Below, piece by piece: positions 1 to 13,195 of a stretch of 64,000 nucleotides of DNA (positions are counted from its first letter, which is position 1; each line of letters begins with the position of its first letter). The translations under genes were made by a program, and so were the position numbers. The notes beneath the pieces are model-generated. The model did not search any database, was not told the origin of the DNA, and saw nothing but the letters and a program-made list of their open reading frames with translations. This DNA is from Eledone cirrhosa (lineage: Eukaryota). The stretch is from NCBI GenBank assembly GCA_964016885.1, contig OZ024756.1, positions 22,506,001 through 22,570,000 on the forward strand, in the 5' to 3' direction.

Positions 1-14
1 AATTCACAACTAAT

Positions 15-232
15 AACGATTTCTAGTATAGGCACAAGGCCAGAAATTTGGGAGGAGGGGAAAGTCGATTAAATCGACCCCAGTACGTTACTGGTGCTTT
101 ATTTTATCGACCCTGTAAGGATGAAAGGCAAAGTTAACCTCGGCGGAATTTAAACTCAGAACATAAAGGGCCATAACTCTATGCGTCAAAGCATGGTGTC
201 CGACATTCTACCGACACTGCCAATCCACCGCC
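15..232 (-). mobile_element. tRNA-derived SINE family A (long-tail variant)
   Basis: Sense strand GGCGGTGGATTGGCAG head (A-box-like), B-box-like GAGTTTAAATTCC (family consensus GAGTTCAAATCC), central gcctttcatccttac...gtcgataaaataaag domain and ATT-rich tail. Confidence 0.85.
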
Positions 233-244
233 CTCAAATCCACA

Positions 245-795
245 ACTAGTAACGACAACAACAACAACAGCAACAAGACAGACGACGTTGACTAGGACAC
301 AGCAAAGAGCGCAACAACACAGCAATAACTACAACACAATGACAACAACAACGACAGCAACAACAACACCAACAACACAGACGACGTTGACTAGGACACA
401 GCAAAGAGTGCAACAACGACAGCAACAACAACACCAACACAGACGACATTGACTAGGACACAGCAAAGAGTGCAACAACGACAACAACAACAGCAACAAG
501 ACAGACGACGTTGACTAGGACACAGCAAAGAGTGCAACAACGACAGCAACAACAACACCAACACAGACGACATTGACTAGGACACAGCAAAGAGTGCAAC
601 AACGACAACAACAACAGCAACAAGACAGACGGCGTTGACTAGGACACAGCAAAGAGTGCAACAACACAGCAATAACTACAACACAATGACAACAACAACA
701 CAGCAATAACTACAACCACAACGACAGCAACAACACAGCAATGACTACAACATAATGACAACAACAACGACAGCAACAACAACACCAACAAACAA
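245..795. repeat. Minisatellite of about 62 bp with CAA-rich spacers
   Basis: agacgacgttgactaggacacagcaaagagtgcaacaac repeated about 6 times. Confidence 0.9.
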
Positions 796-889
796 CAAAG
801 TCTTCATCATCAAAGGGGGTTCGTTAAAATGTTTATCTCGGTGACACTGACGAATTAATAACAAGCCCAACTTGATATCTACAGATACT

Positions 890-1261
890 CCATCATCATC
901 ACCATCATCCTCATCATCATTAGCATTAGCATAAATGACATCATCATCATCATCATCATCATCATTAGCATTAGCATAAATGACATCATCATCATCATCA
1001 TCATCATCATTAGCATTAGCATAAATGACATCAGCAGCAGCAGCAGCAGCATCGCCATCATCATCATCATCATCATCATCATCATTAGCATTAGCATAAA
1101 TGACAGCAGCAGCAGCAGCAGCAGCATCGCCATCATCATCATCATCATCATCATTAGCATTAACATAAATGACATCAGCAGCAGCAGCAGCATCGCCATC
1201 ATCATCATCATCGCTTCATCATCGTCGTCGTCATCGCCATCATCATCATCATCATCATCGA

Positions 1262-1303
<42 letters not shown>

Positions 1304-1330
1304 AATCATCATCATCATCATCATCATTAT
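890..1330. repeat. Compound (CAT)n/(CAG)n higher-order repeat
   Basis: cattagcattagcataaatgac units separated by triplet runs. Confidence 0.9.
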
Positions 1331-1462
1331 TACCATATCGTTTACTTGTATTTCTAAATCATTGGGTAGGAGTTGATCGAAAATCACAAATCAATGAAGT
1401 CATAACTGTCAATTGTAATTATACAGATAGTTGCATATACAGATAGATAGATCGATACGTTA

Positions 1463-1865
1463 ATAATGGTTTCTACTTTTGGCACAAGGCCAGCAATTAT
1501 CCCAGTACATTACTGGTACTTTATTTTATCGACCCTGTAAGGATGAAAGGCAAAGTTCACCTCGGCGGGCTTTGAACTCAAACCGTAAAGGAGCGTAACT
1601 CTATGCTGCAAAGCATGGTGTCTGACTCCCTACCGATACTGCCAATCCACCGCCATGATAATAATGGTTTCTTATATAGGCACAGGGCCAGAAATTTTGG
1701 GGGAGGGGAAAGTCGATTAAATTGACCTCAGTGCATGACTGGTACTTTATTTTAGCGACCGCGTGAGGATGAAAGGCAACCTTATCATCGGCGGGATTTG
1801 AACTCAGATCATAAAGGACCGTAACTCTATGCTACAAAGCATGGAGTCTGCCAACCCAACGCCCT
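1463..1865 (-). mobile_element. Two tandem SINE A copies (about 1463-1655 and 1659-1865)
   Basis: Homology to the family A consensus. Confidence 0.85.
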
Positions 1866-2494
1866 TATTCACTAAATAATGGAAACGTGTAGGAGAGAGA
1901 GAAAGAAAAAGATAACATTAAAAAATCCTGAAACCATACCATACATTTCATAAAAAAAAATAAATCTTTTTTTTTTCCAGTTAATAAAGGATGTAATTAT
2001 ATTTCGGATTTATCCTACATCCGTGATGCTTTTAGACAAAAAGAGAGATTATGCAGGAATTAAAACAAAAACAAAACAAAAATATAGCAATAAATATATA
2101 TCTGATATAAAAATTAGCTTTAATGAATGAATTATTAATTATATTTGACCGAGTATAAGGTTGTATGGTAGGTGGTTTGAAACTGGGTCACAAATGAATT
2201 GAAAGGATAAAAATTGTGGTTTAAAAATAAAATTGTGGAAAATGTTTTTTATTCGTCGGTTTATTCACCCGAAGAAAGTTCGACGGTTTTTTTCTGGCTT
2301 AATTTTGTAATTAAGGCGGTGAAATGGCAGATTCGTTGGAACGTCGGATAGAGGGCTTTGTGGTATTCGTTCCAGCTACTCAGTTCAAATCCCGCCGAGG
2401 TGAACTTTGCCTTTCATCTTTTCGAGGTCGATAAATATAAGTAACAATATCTAGAACTGGAATCGATTCTTTCTCTATATCATTTTCTCTGCCA

Positions 2495-2544
<50 letters not shown>

Positions 2545-2615
2545 ACTCTCTCTCTCACCCTCTATCTATCTATCTATCTACCTATCTATCTATCTATCTA
2601 TCTATATCACGCTCC

Positions 2616-2800
2616 TTGAGTTGAGGGTTGTTCTATCGACGGAGTATTAAACAACCCATTTGTGGCGCCTCCCCCCTATTGGGGATTTCGATTGTTGAAA
2701 TTGTTTGTTTTTATATTTTTTACACGACTGTATGTAAAATCCCCGGCATGTCTTTGTATTGTCCCCTTTCTTGTTGCGCCCTTGTGGCTAATAAAGAAAT
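2616..2800 (+). mobile_element. Probable LINE 3' UTR fragment in a (TATC)n tract
   Basis: Ends in ccttgtggctaataaagaa followed by (atct)n, with the same microsatellite on both sides. Confidence 0.4.
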
Positions 2801-2829
2801 CTATCTATCTATATCTCTCAATTTCTATC

Positions 2830-2960
2830 TTTCTCTGGAAGAAATCTGCTGTACTCAGGCCTTCAGAGGGATGGGTCCGCGCCAGGTTTAAAATGTTCAA
2901 TAAACGCCGTATGTCAACACGGCACCCTTACAAATCTATCAGGAGTTACGAGACCATACA
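2830..2960 (+). mobile_element. Interspersed repeat tail attached to SINE A-like heads (also about 38600-38740 +, 59190-59360 -)
   Basis: ggaagaaatctgctgta...ccaggttta...acgccgtatgtcaa...ggagttacg...accat occurs three times. Confidence 0.6.
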
Positions 2961-3418
2961 CATATAATCTATTGTATTGACGAAGTAGTCGTGAACTTTC
3001 AATTACTTAACACAAATGAAATCGAGATAAGCTCCGGCATGGTGAGGAGACTCGTAGCTTTGGACAGTTATTAACGTAACAAATATCAGAGACGGGAAAA
3101 CGAGATATATTGAGAGGCTGCAATAGAAGAATACACTGGATGATAGATGCTTAATCCGTAACGCTCAACATATAAACATAGCAACACAAGTAAGCAAGTG
3201 TAGTAATGGGATATGAGCGTGTTATTCAATGTCTAAATATTTGAACTGCCTTAGGGTTAATACGATTATAATTGTTAAGAATATTAACTTCAAGTTTAGA
3301 CGTTAAACATCTTTGTTAATAATACTTACGCCTACATATATCATCTGTAATGATGAGGTTAAGAGACGAAGAAACGGTAATCGTATTAGCTGTGGCAAGT
3401 ATAATAAAAACACTAACT

Positions 3419-3528
<110 letters not shown>

Positions 3529-3748
3529 AGAAGCTTCGACGTATTTTTGACTAAAGAACATTTAGCCTGATAGTGGGATTAATAACTCTCAAAGAAATGG
3601 AAAAATAGGAGTATTGGCGTCTGACATATATATATATATATATATATACACATGCATATACATACATATGTATGTATGTATGTATATATATTATATTATA
3701 TATAGTAATGTACTGGGTAATTGCTGGCCTTGTGCCAAAAGTAGAAAC

Positions 3749-3789
<41 letters not shown>

Positions 3790-3917
3790 AAGTTATATTT
3801 AAAATTGTTGGGTTACAACTAGTAAATATTTATAACTGATATAAAAGCACTCGACAAATATTTGGAGTATATTTACAATATTAAATAAATGGAAAACTAT
3901 ATTTATAAAACCATATT

Positions 3918-3983
3918 TATTTCATTATATATATTTCGGGGATATCATATTAACAATATGCTATGCCTTCATCAGACAAAATA
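3918..3983 (-). ncRNA. Type I hammerhead ribozyme (family P3) within TA-flanked element 3786-4082
   Basis: Minus strand tattttgt-CTGATGA-(stem II)-GAAA-tatata-TA-atgaaata. Homologous to the 5521 and 15282 copies. Confidence 0.75.
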
Positions 3984-4079
3984 CAATATAAACAGTTTTA
4001 TAGATAAATATATTCGACATACCGTAATAAACATCAACTTCATTTACTGCTAGCGTAAACCTCTTCAAATGAAGTTGAT

Positions 4080-4313
<234 letters not shown>

Positions 4314-4343
4314 AAATGTATATGTATGTATGTATATATATAT

Positions 4344-4464
4344 GTGAAGGCCTGTGGCTGAGTGGTTAGAGAATTGGATTCGCAATCGTAAGGTTGTGAG
4401 TTCGATTCCTGGACCAGGCGATGCGTTATGTCCTTGAGCAAGACACTTTATTTCACGTTGCTCC
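4344..4464 (+). mobile_element. tRNA-derived SINE family B (CORE-like), 5' part
   Basis: tggctgagtggttag A-box and gagttcgattcc B-box, followed by tgtccttgagcaagacactt, which resembles the CORE domain. Confidence 0.75.
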
Positions 4465-4562
4465 TTCTACCTGGAGTTGCGACCGATAGATAGTATTAGC
4501 AATTGGAAAGACCAACGGAAACATTGTTCCCTCGGTCCGATTTGACGAAAGTCGATCGTCTT

Positions 4563-4593
<31 letters not shown>

Positions 4594-4665
4594 TACATAT
4601 ACTTATACATATATACATACATATATATATATATACATATATAAACATACATACATATATGTATA

Positions 4666-4733
<68 letters not shown>

Positions 4734-4862
4734 TATGTATGTAAAAGGTAAACAGAAATAACAACACATTCGGTACAGTATATGGAAGGGATATATTTGG
4801 TTAACGTAGGATTATCGCCCGAGAACACCGCGCACTCAGCTAGTATATACACACACACACAC

Positions 4863-4954
<92 letters not shown>

Positions 4955-5036
4955 GTTATTCCGGGTTGAATCGGAGGTAACCACAGTAAGTAAGGTACTC
5001 AATACATAGCAGAGTATAACAGTTTTAATATAGATG

Positions 5037-5087
5037 AGATTCTACAGGACTAGAACTGTTTCATTCATTAGAAATCATCAGGAATCT
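5037..5087 (-). ncRNA. Type I hammerhead ribozyme (family P1, left arm)
   Basis: Exact reverse complement of the 5219-5269 motif. Confidence 0.85.
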
Positions 5088-5218
5088 GGGTATCAATAAA
5101 TAAATGAATTTTAATGAATTCCCTTTTCTATCAACCAATGACCTGCACCCATCCAACTCCCCACCCTCTCCTACCACTTGTAGAGACCTATAAATACCAT
5201 ATTTATTTATTGATACCC

Positions 5219-5269
5219 AGATTCCTGATGATTTCTAATGAATGAAACAGTTCTAGTCCTGTAGAATCT
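5219..5269 (+). ncRNA. Type I hammerhead ribozyme (family P1, right arm)
   Basis: agattc-CTGATGA-tttctaatgaat-GAAA-cag(ttctagtc)ctg-TA-gaatct. Perfect 6-bp stem I, short stem II, and stem III with palindromic ctag in the loop. Cleavage triplet GUA. Confidence 0.85.
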
Positions 5270-5281
5270 CATCTATATTAA

Positions 5282-5313
<32 letters not shown>

Positions 5314-5315
<2 letters not shown>

Positions 5316-5473
5316 CGAAGGAAATGTGGTAAGGAACCAGGTGGACCATAACGCACCAAAGTACTCAATACTTAGGGTAGTAGAGTGGGTAATAGGAACC
5401 AGTAAGACCCCGACGGCTGAGCTCAAGCCGTCGAAACGGCTTGAGCTCAGCCGTCGGGGTCTTACTGGTTCCT

Positions 5474-5474
<1 letters not shown>
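5314..5474. mobile_element. Family P2 fold-back copy
   Basis: Perfect inverted repeat about 5391-5475 containing the GAAA-cggc(ttgagctca)gccg-TC-ggggtc half ribozyme. TA-flanked. Confidence 0.75.
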
Positions 5475-5520
<46 letters not shown>

Positions 5521-5882
5521 AAGCAGAAGCGATATTCAATTTGTTGGTAATTCAACAAATATAAATGTTTATAACTGATTCAGAGCACTCGACAAGCTTT
5601 GTGGAGTATAATATTTAATGATATTAAATAAATGGAAACTATATTTATAAAACCATATTTATTCTATTATATATATTTCAAAGGTGCCAAATGTTGGTAC
5701 GCTATCATCAGATAAAATACGAAGTTAAGGTATATTTTCCTTGGTTATGTCAAGATTTATAAAACACACTTCGTATTTTATCTGATGATGGCGTACCAAA
5801 ATTTTGGTACCTTTGAAATATATATAATAGAATAAATATGGTTTTATAAATATAATTTCCATTTATTTAATATCATTGAATA
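5521..5882. mobile_element. Penelope-like fold-back element P3 with two hammerheads (5660-5719 minus, 5774-5834 plus)
   Basis: Plus motif tattttat-CTGATGA-tggcgtacca aaattt tggtaccttt-GAAA-tatata-TA-atagaata. Inverted arms at about 5611-5724 and 5769-5882. TA-flanked. Confidence 0.75.
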
Positions 5883-5958
5883 TTATATATATATTACCAG
5901 TAATGCACTGCGATAATTGCTGGCCTTGTGCCAAAAGTAGAAACAATTATGTATATAT

Positions 5959-5991
<33 letters not shown>

Positions 5992-6803
5992 TGGGAAAGA
6001 AAGAAAGACGAGAGGGTGGGAGAGCGGGTGAGGGAGAGGGGGGGGGGGGGGGGGGGCATATATAAATACAAATACCATATTTATCTCCATCCGTCCGTCC
6101 CCACCCCATACACACGCGTGATATAAATGTCCCAACGTCTACACATTACACTATAGTGTAGATTATCTCCCCTATCAATCCGTAACATAGGCTTAACTGA
6201 ATTGTTTCCCTTGCTTTTATCAGTAGCACTAGTGCGGCAAACTATATATATATATATATAGTTGCTTAAGGAGCGGGATGTAGTAGTAGTAGTAGGAGGA
6301 TGAGGAGGGGGGGGGGGGGGCTTTTGACACATAATTGTCTTTTAACAATACACAGAAAATAGAACAAGTGAATGAAAACATCTAGTTTTCTTTTGAAGTG
6401 AGTTAGCATGTACTAACGTCTATCTACAAACACAGGTAATCTGTTAGGTAATGAACTAGCAAAATGGAGGGGGAGGGGGCTATGTTGTCGACCTCCTAGC
6501 GGTAGGCCTTGGAAACTGATCTGTGATCTAGATCAGGCGAAAGACAGGAACAGTTTAAAGAAGAAGAAGAAGAAGAAGAAGAAGAAGAAGAAGAAGAAGA
6601 AGAAGAAGAAGAAGAAGAAGAAGAAGAAGAAGAAGAAGAAGAAGAAGAAGAAGAAGAAGAAGAAGAAGAAGAAGAAGAAGAAGAAGAAGAAGAAGAAGAA
6701 GAAGAAGAAGAAGGACGGCGTCGAGGGTCCGAATACTCTCCCTGACGCTGTATTCTGTCAACGGTGAAGATACTAAGCAATCAACAATCCTGTCTTCTTA
6801 GAT

Positions 6804-7215
6804 CAGGTGTTCTCAAAATGTTGTGTCCACCCCCACCCCCTTCACGGCCATGTAATACACTCAGCGCCCCCAACCTTATTTCCAGAAGAGAGACTTACAT
6901 GCAAATTGTAAATAATATATAATAAATAAAGTCGTTAGTTTGTATACAATAAATAATATATACTATAGATAAATAAATATTTATCTATAGTATATATTAT
7001 TTATTGTATACAAATATAGATAAATAAATATTATAGATAAATAAATATTTTTTCTTTTACTATATTGATATAGAATATGTATCAATTAATATTTACTCTA
7101 CTATTATATCATCTTTACCGCCTCCACCCTACCCCCCACCCCCTTAGGCCCTAGTGGCCTCTGGATCTTCTTAACGCCCCCCGAGGGGTGGTAACGCCCA
7201 CCTTTAGAACCTCTT
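6804..7215. mobile_element. hAT-like MITE
   Basis: caggtgttctcaaa...tttagaacctct termini with 8-bp TSD tcttagat/tcgtagat. Internal AT-rich palindrome at about 6939-7013. Confidence 0.6.
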
Positions 7216-7706
7216 TCGTAGATGATAGTAGGTACCGAAAGGGTACATACTGTCAATATTTCACATAGAGAATGCCGCGCTGTGGGATTGAACCTAGGAC
7301 AATTATTTCATCCATTCTGGGAGGTTTGCGCTCAGATTTCGATACTGTTAATCCACCGATTTTTTTGCATGTGTATACGTGGTGGGTCCTCCGTCGTTTT
7401 TCGCGATGATCATTCAGTTATTCGATCCACTCACCATCAAACGTGTCGTGTAAGTAAAGGAATGTTCCACAGACACGTGTACTCTTCAACATAATACTCT
7501 ATCTAAACTAATCAATATATGCACCATGTGGAGAGAGTAGGAATTTGAAATACAAAAGGTGACAAAACCTAGAAACAATTATATCTATATATATGTGTGT
7601 GGGGGGGTGTATGTGTGTGTGGGGGGTGTGGGTGTGTGTGGGTGTGGGTGTTTGTGTGTGTGTGTGTGTGTACGTGTGTGTGTGTGCGTGCGTGTGTGTG
7701 TGCGTG

Positions 7707-7754
<48 letters not shown>

Positions 7755-8072
7755 AGGTTATATTGCAGATTACCAATATAGATCCTGAAAAAAACCGTTT
7801 AACATCGTGAAACCTTTGGAAATGGAATAAATATATTGTGTATTTATTACATAATTATATATATATATATATAAAATAAAATATATAATATATATATATA
7901 TTCAGGCAGTTGCCCAATATAGGTTTGTTATTCTCTTTCTTGATTTAATATTTTAATTAAATCTGGCAAAACATATTGTTAGAGTTAGTATTTTTTCCAC
8001 CCAAGCAAACCTGGTCCTTTACAATTCGAACAGATGCATGTTTATATTTCTGTTTATCCCTCTAATATGTTC

Positions 8073-8159
<87 letters not shown>

Positions 8160-8178
8160 ATATTATATATATATATAT

Positions 8179-8425
<247 letters not shown>

Positions 8426-9065
8426 AAGGTATATATTGAGTTAGAAACTATGATATATATATATACAATTGAGGAGGGAATAGATATAAATTTGCGGAGG
8501 CAGTGTTACATTTGACAAGGTAAACAATAAGTCTCAAGAGGTGTCAGAAAGTTATTTCATTGTAAAAGCCATCTCAACTAATCACAGAAGTAAACATTTA
8601 AAATAAATACAGACAGTCTCTATTGTAAAGTCTAAAATGGAAACAGACACGAAATCAGATAATTTGACGTGGGAAGTAATGAAACGATGCATGGGACATA
8701 ACTCTTGATAGACTAAATGCCAATATTCACTATTGAATTAAGGTATTTTATTTTGAACAAAAAAATTACGGAAACAGTATTGTGTACAAGCCTGGAAGAG
8801 AAACATACATATATATTTTTTACAGATCATCTCACACACACACACATATACAAACACATACACACACATACACACACACAGACAAACACAGACAAACACA
8901 CATCAGGTACACATTTAAATAAAGAGACACACACACACACACACATGATGATTTCTTTTGAAAGAAAAAGTTCTAGTCATTTCTATATTAAACATGATGT
9001 TTACACTCTACTAATGTATTGAGTAACTTACTAACTGTGGTTGCCACCGATTGTACCCGGGACTC

Positions 9066-9347
9066 ACACATGTTAGGTAATTCCGAAGAAAAAGCAAAGG
9101 AAAAAAGAGTGCTCTATGTATAAAACAGAGCTATTTAATTAGAAAGTGAACAACAGAATATATAACTACTCCATTACCAAAGGTTTCTGGGTCCCAGACA
9201 ATATTAATATATGTCTCGATCGTTCATCAGACAAAGATGTTACCTCTGTCTGATGAACGATCAAGACGTATATTGATATTGTCTGGGATCCAGAAACCTT
9301 TGGTAATGGAGTAGTTATATGTTCTGTTGTTCACTTTCTAATTAAAT
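9066..9347. mobile_element. Fold-back element P4 with two hammerheads (9169-9236 minus, 9244-9311 plus)
   Basis: ctctgt-CTGATGA-acgatcaagac...gtctgggatcca-GAAA-cc(ttt)gg-TA-atggag. Inverted arms at about 9133-9233 and 9247-9347. Confidence 0.75.
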
Positions 9348-9356
9348 ATATATATA

Positions 9357-9524
9357 GAGATGAGATTCTACAGGACTAGAACTGTTTCATTCTTTAGAAA
9401 TCATCAGGAATGAAACAGTTCTAGTCCTGTAGAATCTCATCTATATTAAAACTTTTATACTCTGCTATGTATTGAGTACCTTATTTACTGTGGTTACCTC
9501 TCATTCAACCCGGAATAACTTACC

Positions 9525-9530
<6 letters not shown>
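9357..9530. mobile_element. Second P1 copy (fold-back, hammerhead on minus strand 9363-9411)
   Basis: Same sequence as 4954-5285 in the opposite orientation with a different fold-back point. A diverged P1 tail also lies at about 8998-9065. Confidence 0.7.
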
Positions 9531-9605
<75 letters not shown>

Positions 9606-9813
9606 CATGCATACACACATATCTAATGTCGGCTGAAAATTTCTTAGACTGACTATGAAAGATTGATGTTAGAACTGTGAAATCTTGCAGTTATTGATTT
9701 CAATTATTCTTATTAATACTTGCATTGTTTCTTTCAGGGTCAATGTTGAAAAATAAACCTCATTTGATCATTCCATGAGAGTATCTTTGTCGCCTTTATA
9801 TATATATATATAT

Positions 9814-10381
9814 ATTTTTAAAATTTTCTTATTTTACGACTTTTATATATTTGTTCTGCATCCTCCTGCATTGAACCACCTAGGTACTATGACATAACTT
9901 ATGTATTTGCTAGTATTAGTGTACATCTGTACGCATATGTTCGTAAATATACTAATTCTCTATATTTATCTCCAAATTATTTATTTGTTGTGCAAACCTG
10001 CCAAATCCACTACTAACTTATTGTAGTGGTAGTAGGCTTTGTCATTTCACTAGCCCCACTCCTTCCGACTAGCCTCAGTGTCACGTGATTGATTCTTTAG
10101 AATCTGCCATTTGACCAGAAGCAGTGAACTTTTTCAGTGCTTTGGAATTCAGTCCTCGCTAGCTGTTCCATCCACCGAATTATTATTATTTTTATATGAG
10201 CCCCTAGTGTCCGCGCATTGCTTGGAGACTTAGCTGAGAATAGACTCCCTGAGGACGTAATGAATTCTCGACAGTTACATTACATAACTATCTTTATCCC
10301 ATTACAGAAACTAATTAGTTGGAGTGAAAATTTTAGTAAGTAAGTTAATTTTTAATTTTTAAAATTTTCTTATTTTACGTC

Positions 10382-10390
<9 letters not shown>
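9814..10390 (+). mobile_element. TA-flanked hammerhead element P5 with a terminal direct repeat (period about 541 bp)
   Basis: atttttaaaattttcttattttacg occurs at both 9814 and 10355. Contains hammerhead 10244-10325. Confidence 0.65.
10244..10325 (+). ncRNA. Type I hammerhead ribozyme (family P5)
   Basis: actcc-CTGAGGA-cgtaatg...cattaca-GAAA-ct(aatt)ag-TT-ggagt. Palindromic stem-loop III. Stems covary with the 63413-63493 copy. Confidence 0.8.
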
Positions 10391-10429
<39 letters not shown>

Positions 10430-10433
<4 letters not shown>

Positions 10434-10783
10434 AGGAAAAGCGAAGTAGTTTCAGATATTCAACGGATGAAGAACCCAGGTGGCCACTGTCGTCATTGAA
10501 ATATATATCACAGCATTCGCCATGCTTTCCAGCATAGTTACGTCCCTTTACGATCTGAGTACAAATCCCGCCGAGGTTGACTTTGCCTTTCATCTTACGG
10601 GGTCGATAAAATAAAGTACCAGTAATGCGCTGGGTGATTGCTGGCCTTGTGCCTAAAGTAGAAACAATTATTGAACTTCTGAAACTACTTCGCTTTTCCT
10701 TATTCGATATTTACTCCGTCACTCCTATGTGGAATAATTACGTTGAGTTCTTGATTTGAATTGCATCAATGTTTACCGGAAGT
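10430..10783. mobile_element. TA-flanked fold-back element interrupted by a SINE
   Basis: Inverted repeat aataaggaaaagcgaagtagtttcaga (10430-10456) and tctgaaactacttcgcttttccttatt (10678-10704). A SINE occupies about 10517-10672. Confidence 0.55.
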
Positions 10784-10803
10784 ATATATATATATATATA
10801 TAT

Positions 10804-11004
10804 AGGAACAAGTAAGACCCCGACGGCTGAGCTCAAGCCGTTTCGACGGCTAATTCTGGACTCCGAGTCCAGAATTAGCCGTCGAAACGGCTTGAGCTCA
10901 GCCGTCGGGGTCTTACTTGTTCCTATTACCCACTCTACTACCCTAAGTATTGAGTACTTTGGTGCGTTATGGTCCACCTGGTCCCTTACCACTTTTCCTT
11001 CGTT
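10804..11004. mobile_element. Family P2 fold-back copy
   Basis: Inverted arms of about 60 bp centred at 10864, with the tail to the right. TA-flanked. Confidence 0.75.
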
Positions 11005-11020
11005 ATATATATATATATAT

Positions 11021-11334
<314 letters not shown>

Positions 11335-11756
11335 GTTTCTACTTTTGGCACAAGGCCAGCAATTATCCAGTGCATTACTGGTACTTTATTTTATCGACTC
11401 CATAAGGATGAAAGGCAAAGTTAACATATAATGAGAGGTACACAGCGAAACTGTACAGTCAGGACATTGAAGAAAAAATAGGTATATATCTGTGTCTACT
11501 ATTTCTTCTTACTTTATAATTGTTATATATCTATATAACTGCTCTGTAAAACAACCGATATTATTACATTGAGCTATTTATCTTACTGGTAATAAGATAG
11601 TAATTAATGACTATCTTTCACTATTTAGGGTTTGTATAAGAAATATATTACCATAAAAGGTTTTATTACATACATAACCATAAATAGTATCCTTAATACT
11701 ATATATATATAGACCTATTGTATTAAATCTTTGTGTTTTTTTCAATAAACAAATAT

Positions 11757-11896
11757 CATTATTTCTGAAGACAGCATATATATGTGTAGGTATGTATATT
11801 CCCTCTGATAGTTTGTATAAATATTGTACATAGATCTATAGAATATGCATACCAACACTAACACATATATATCCTAGAAACGATCGTAAAATGATG
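11757..11896 (+). ncRNA. Type I hammerhead ribozyme with long stem II (family P7)
   Basis: cattattt-CTGAAGA-...-GAAA-cgatcg-TA-aaatgatg. Stem II contains the pairings atatatatgtgt/acacatatatat and ggtatgtatattc/gaatatgcatacc. Confidence 0.75.
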
Positions 11897-11946
11897 TATT
11901 TTTTTAATATAAGGAACTGTTTCTTTGTTTATTCATTACTTTATTA

Positions 11947-11988
<42 letters not shown>

Positions 11989-12585
11989 TTAATTATTCCA
12001 TTACCAAATGTTTCATGAAACTAGACGATCTGTACTACACATAGCACGCTCTTCTTTCCTTCACCTTTTCTACGGATATGCATACCACACACACACACGC
12101 ACACACACACACACACACGCGCACACACACACACACGTACACACACACACGCACACACACACAAAAACACACACACATATATATATAAAGAGAATTGCCG
12201 ATGTATATCGCCAGGTAACACATACATATATACCCACACATGTATACATACATGCATATGCACAAAAGCATGCCTACATGCATCCATGCTTGCATACATA
12301 CATGCATAAATACATGCATATGTACATAAATACATACATACATACATATCTGCATGCATGCTTGCATACATACATAATTACATACATACATATATACATA
12401 CTTATATGCATACATTCATAAACAAGTACATACATACACACTCATCCCTACATATGCATACATATGTACATGACTGCATACATGCATGCTTGCAAACATA
12501 CATGCATAAATACATACATACACACCTACATACATACATACACACCTACATACATACACACCTACATACATACATACATCATACA

Positions 12586-13195
12586 CGGTGGCTGCCAACT
12601 CGTTTTCGAGTACGGCCACTACTTTATATCCATGTAGGAGAACCCCTACCGATGCGCTGAACAAGTGTGACTTTTTAGTCCAGCCAGCGACATGATAACT
12701 CTGGTAGAAACACTTCCCTTGTGACAATTATTGACACATAGCGCTGGGCCCATGGTACCATGTGACGACAAGTGCAGAGAGATCTCCAGATATAAAGCAA
12801 TGCCTATGCCGTGAAGCTTTTACAGTGAGCAAAGGCACTGCACAAAGCCAGTCTCACTCTCTTAACCAAGATGATATTTACCAAAAAGAAGAACAAGTCA
12901 ACATAATTGGATACCATCAGAGTTGCAGGTGTTATATCAGAGTTTTCCTTCTCCTAGAATTCTGCCTTGACAAAGGCTAAGGGGTCATCTCTCCCGGTGA
13001 TTTTGGATGGCCATTGACTCTTAAGAGCTCCTTTACCCTTTGACAGGTTTTGTTTTTAGTCCTGCAGGATGTCCAAAGTCACCCTCCTCACCAAGAAACC
13101 TTGGTGGGGTTGCCAGTTTAGTCGCCAACGACCCGACCATGGGACTGGTTATACTGGGATACATGTTACCAGTAGCACCAACTGGTGACCTGACA
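12586..13195 (-). mobile_element. Non-coding retroposon family C with (TATG)n tail (copies 30748-31219, 53912-54164)
   Basis: Three highly similar copies share the left end ggtggctgccaactcg next to (CATA)n and have variable right truncation. Confidence 0.75.

Larger units (their letters stand above)
4954..5285. mobile_element. Non-autonomous Penelope-like fold-back element P1 in (TA)n
   Basis: Inverted arms at about 5021-5106 and 5199-5285, each with a hammerhead. An extra tail (4954-5020) is on one side only. Flanked by (TA)n on both sides. Confidence 0.7.

Noticed and set aside
245-795. CRISPR-like repeat-spacer pattern
   Set aside because: The spacers are recurring CAA-rich low-complexity sequence, the context is eukaryotic and there are no cas genes.
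3348-3388. Hammerhead-like taa-TGATGA...GAAA-cggtaatcg-TA-tta
   Set aside because: C3 is missing and stem II is not paired. It may be a decayed copy but cannot be supported.
4344-4420. tRNA gene
   Set aside because: A and B boxes are present but run into a SINE body that recurs elsewhere, so this is a SINE head.
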